From assembly GCA_031367385.1 (NCBI GenBank), contig JANLPS010000329.1:1-14466 (forward strand): a DNA stretch of 14,466 bases. Direction: 5' to 3'. Below the pieces are notes generated by a model. The model ran no database searches. It was not told where the DNA came from and saw nothing but the letters and a program-made list of their open reading frames with translations. How positions within the stretch are numbered: the stretch's first letter is position 1; each line of letters opens with the position of its first letter. Shown one piece after another: positions 14,301-14,466 of this stretch. A program made the position numbers and the translations under genes. The DNA comes from Archangium sp. Lineage in GTDB: Bacteria; Myxococcota; Myxococcia; Myxococcales; Myxococcaceae.

Positions 14301-14466
14301 ATCTCGAAGTGCGAGACCACGCCGGCTTCGAGAATCAGCTTCGTGCGGGTGCCCATGTGACCGTGCAGGCCGTGAGCGAGGCGGTGAATGAAGGCGTCGA
14401 CGTTCGAGAGGTCGACCTTGAGCCCTTCGGCGATCTGCGCCGAGTCGATCGCCACCTGCTGCTTGC
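14294..14466 (-). pseudogene. 5' half of the IS-interrupted small hypothetical gene (start probably beyond the right edge)
   Basis: Reads ...KQQVAIDSAQIAEGLKVDLSNVDAFIHRLAHGLHGHMGTRTKLILEAGVVSHFEINL, then runs into IS sequence (QVVRKYAEFW*, stop at 14261). Confidence 0.85.

Overview
GC-rich bacterial DNA, most likely from a myxobacterium (inferred from gene content and a Myxococcus-type LexA box). Left to right: (i) the 5' two-thirds of uvrA on the minus strand (absent from the ORF track because it runs off the left edge), preceded by a LexA/SOS box; (ii) a plus-strand envelope-signalling cluster bracketed by two paralogous TonB-like genes: ECF sigma factor, zinc-binding transmembrane anti-sigma (DUF4384-like periplasmic domain), exported caspase-family (C14) protease fused to a probable outer-membrane beta-barrel, and two lipoproteins. 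A 30-bp bipartite motif (GTTCYC-N14-GGCCGGTACC) sits in front of the sigma gene and both lipoprotein genes and looks like that sigma's own promoter. A shared K-G-G motif in the anti-sigma and at two domain junctions of the protease suggests a protease-triggered ECF switch; (iii) a small Cys-rich gene remnant; (iv) a minus-strand, translationally coupled operon of four double-domain YbjQ-like paralogues; (v) a 1558-bp IS (DDE transposase, 16-bp perfect inverted repeats, 7-bp TAAGTTA target duplication) that splits the small gene upstream of that operon. All family calls come from motif recognition by eye; no searches were run.
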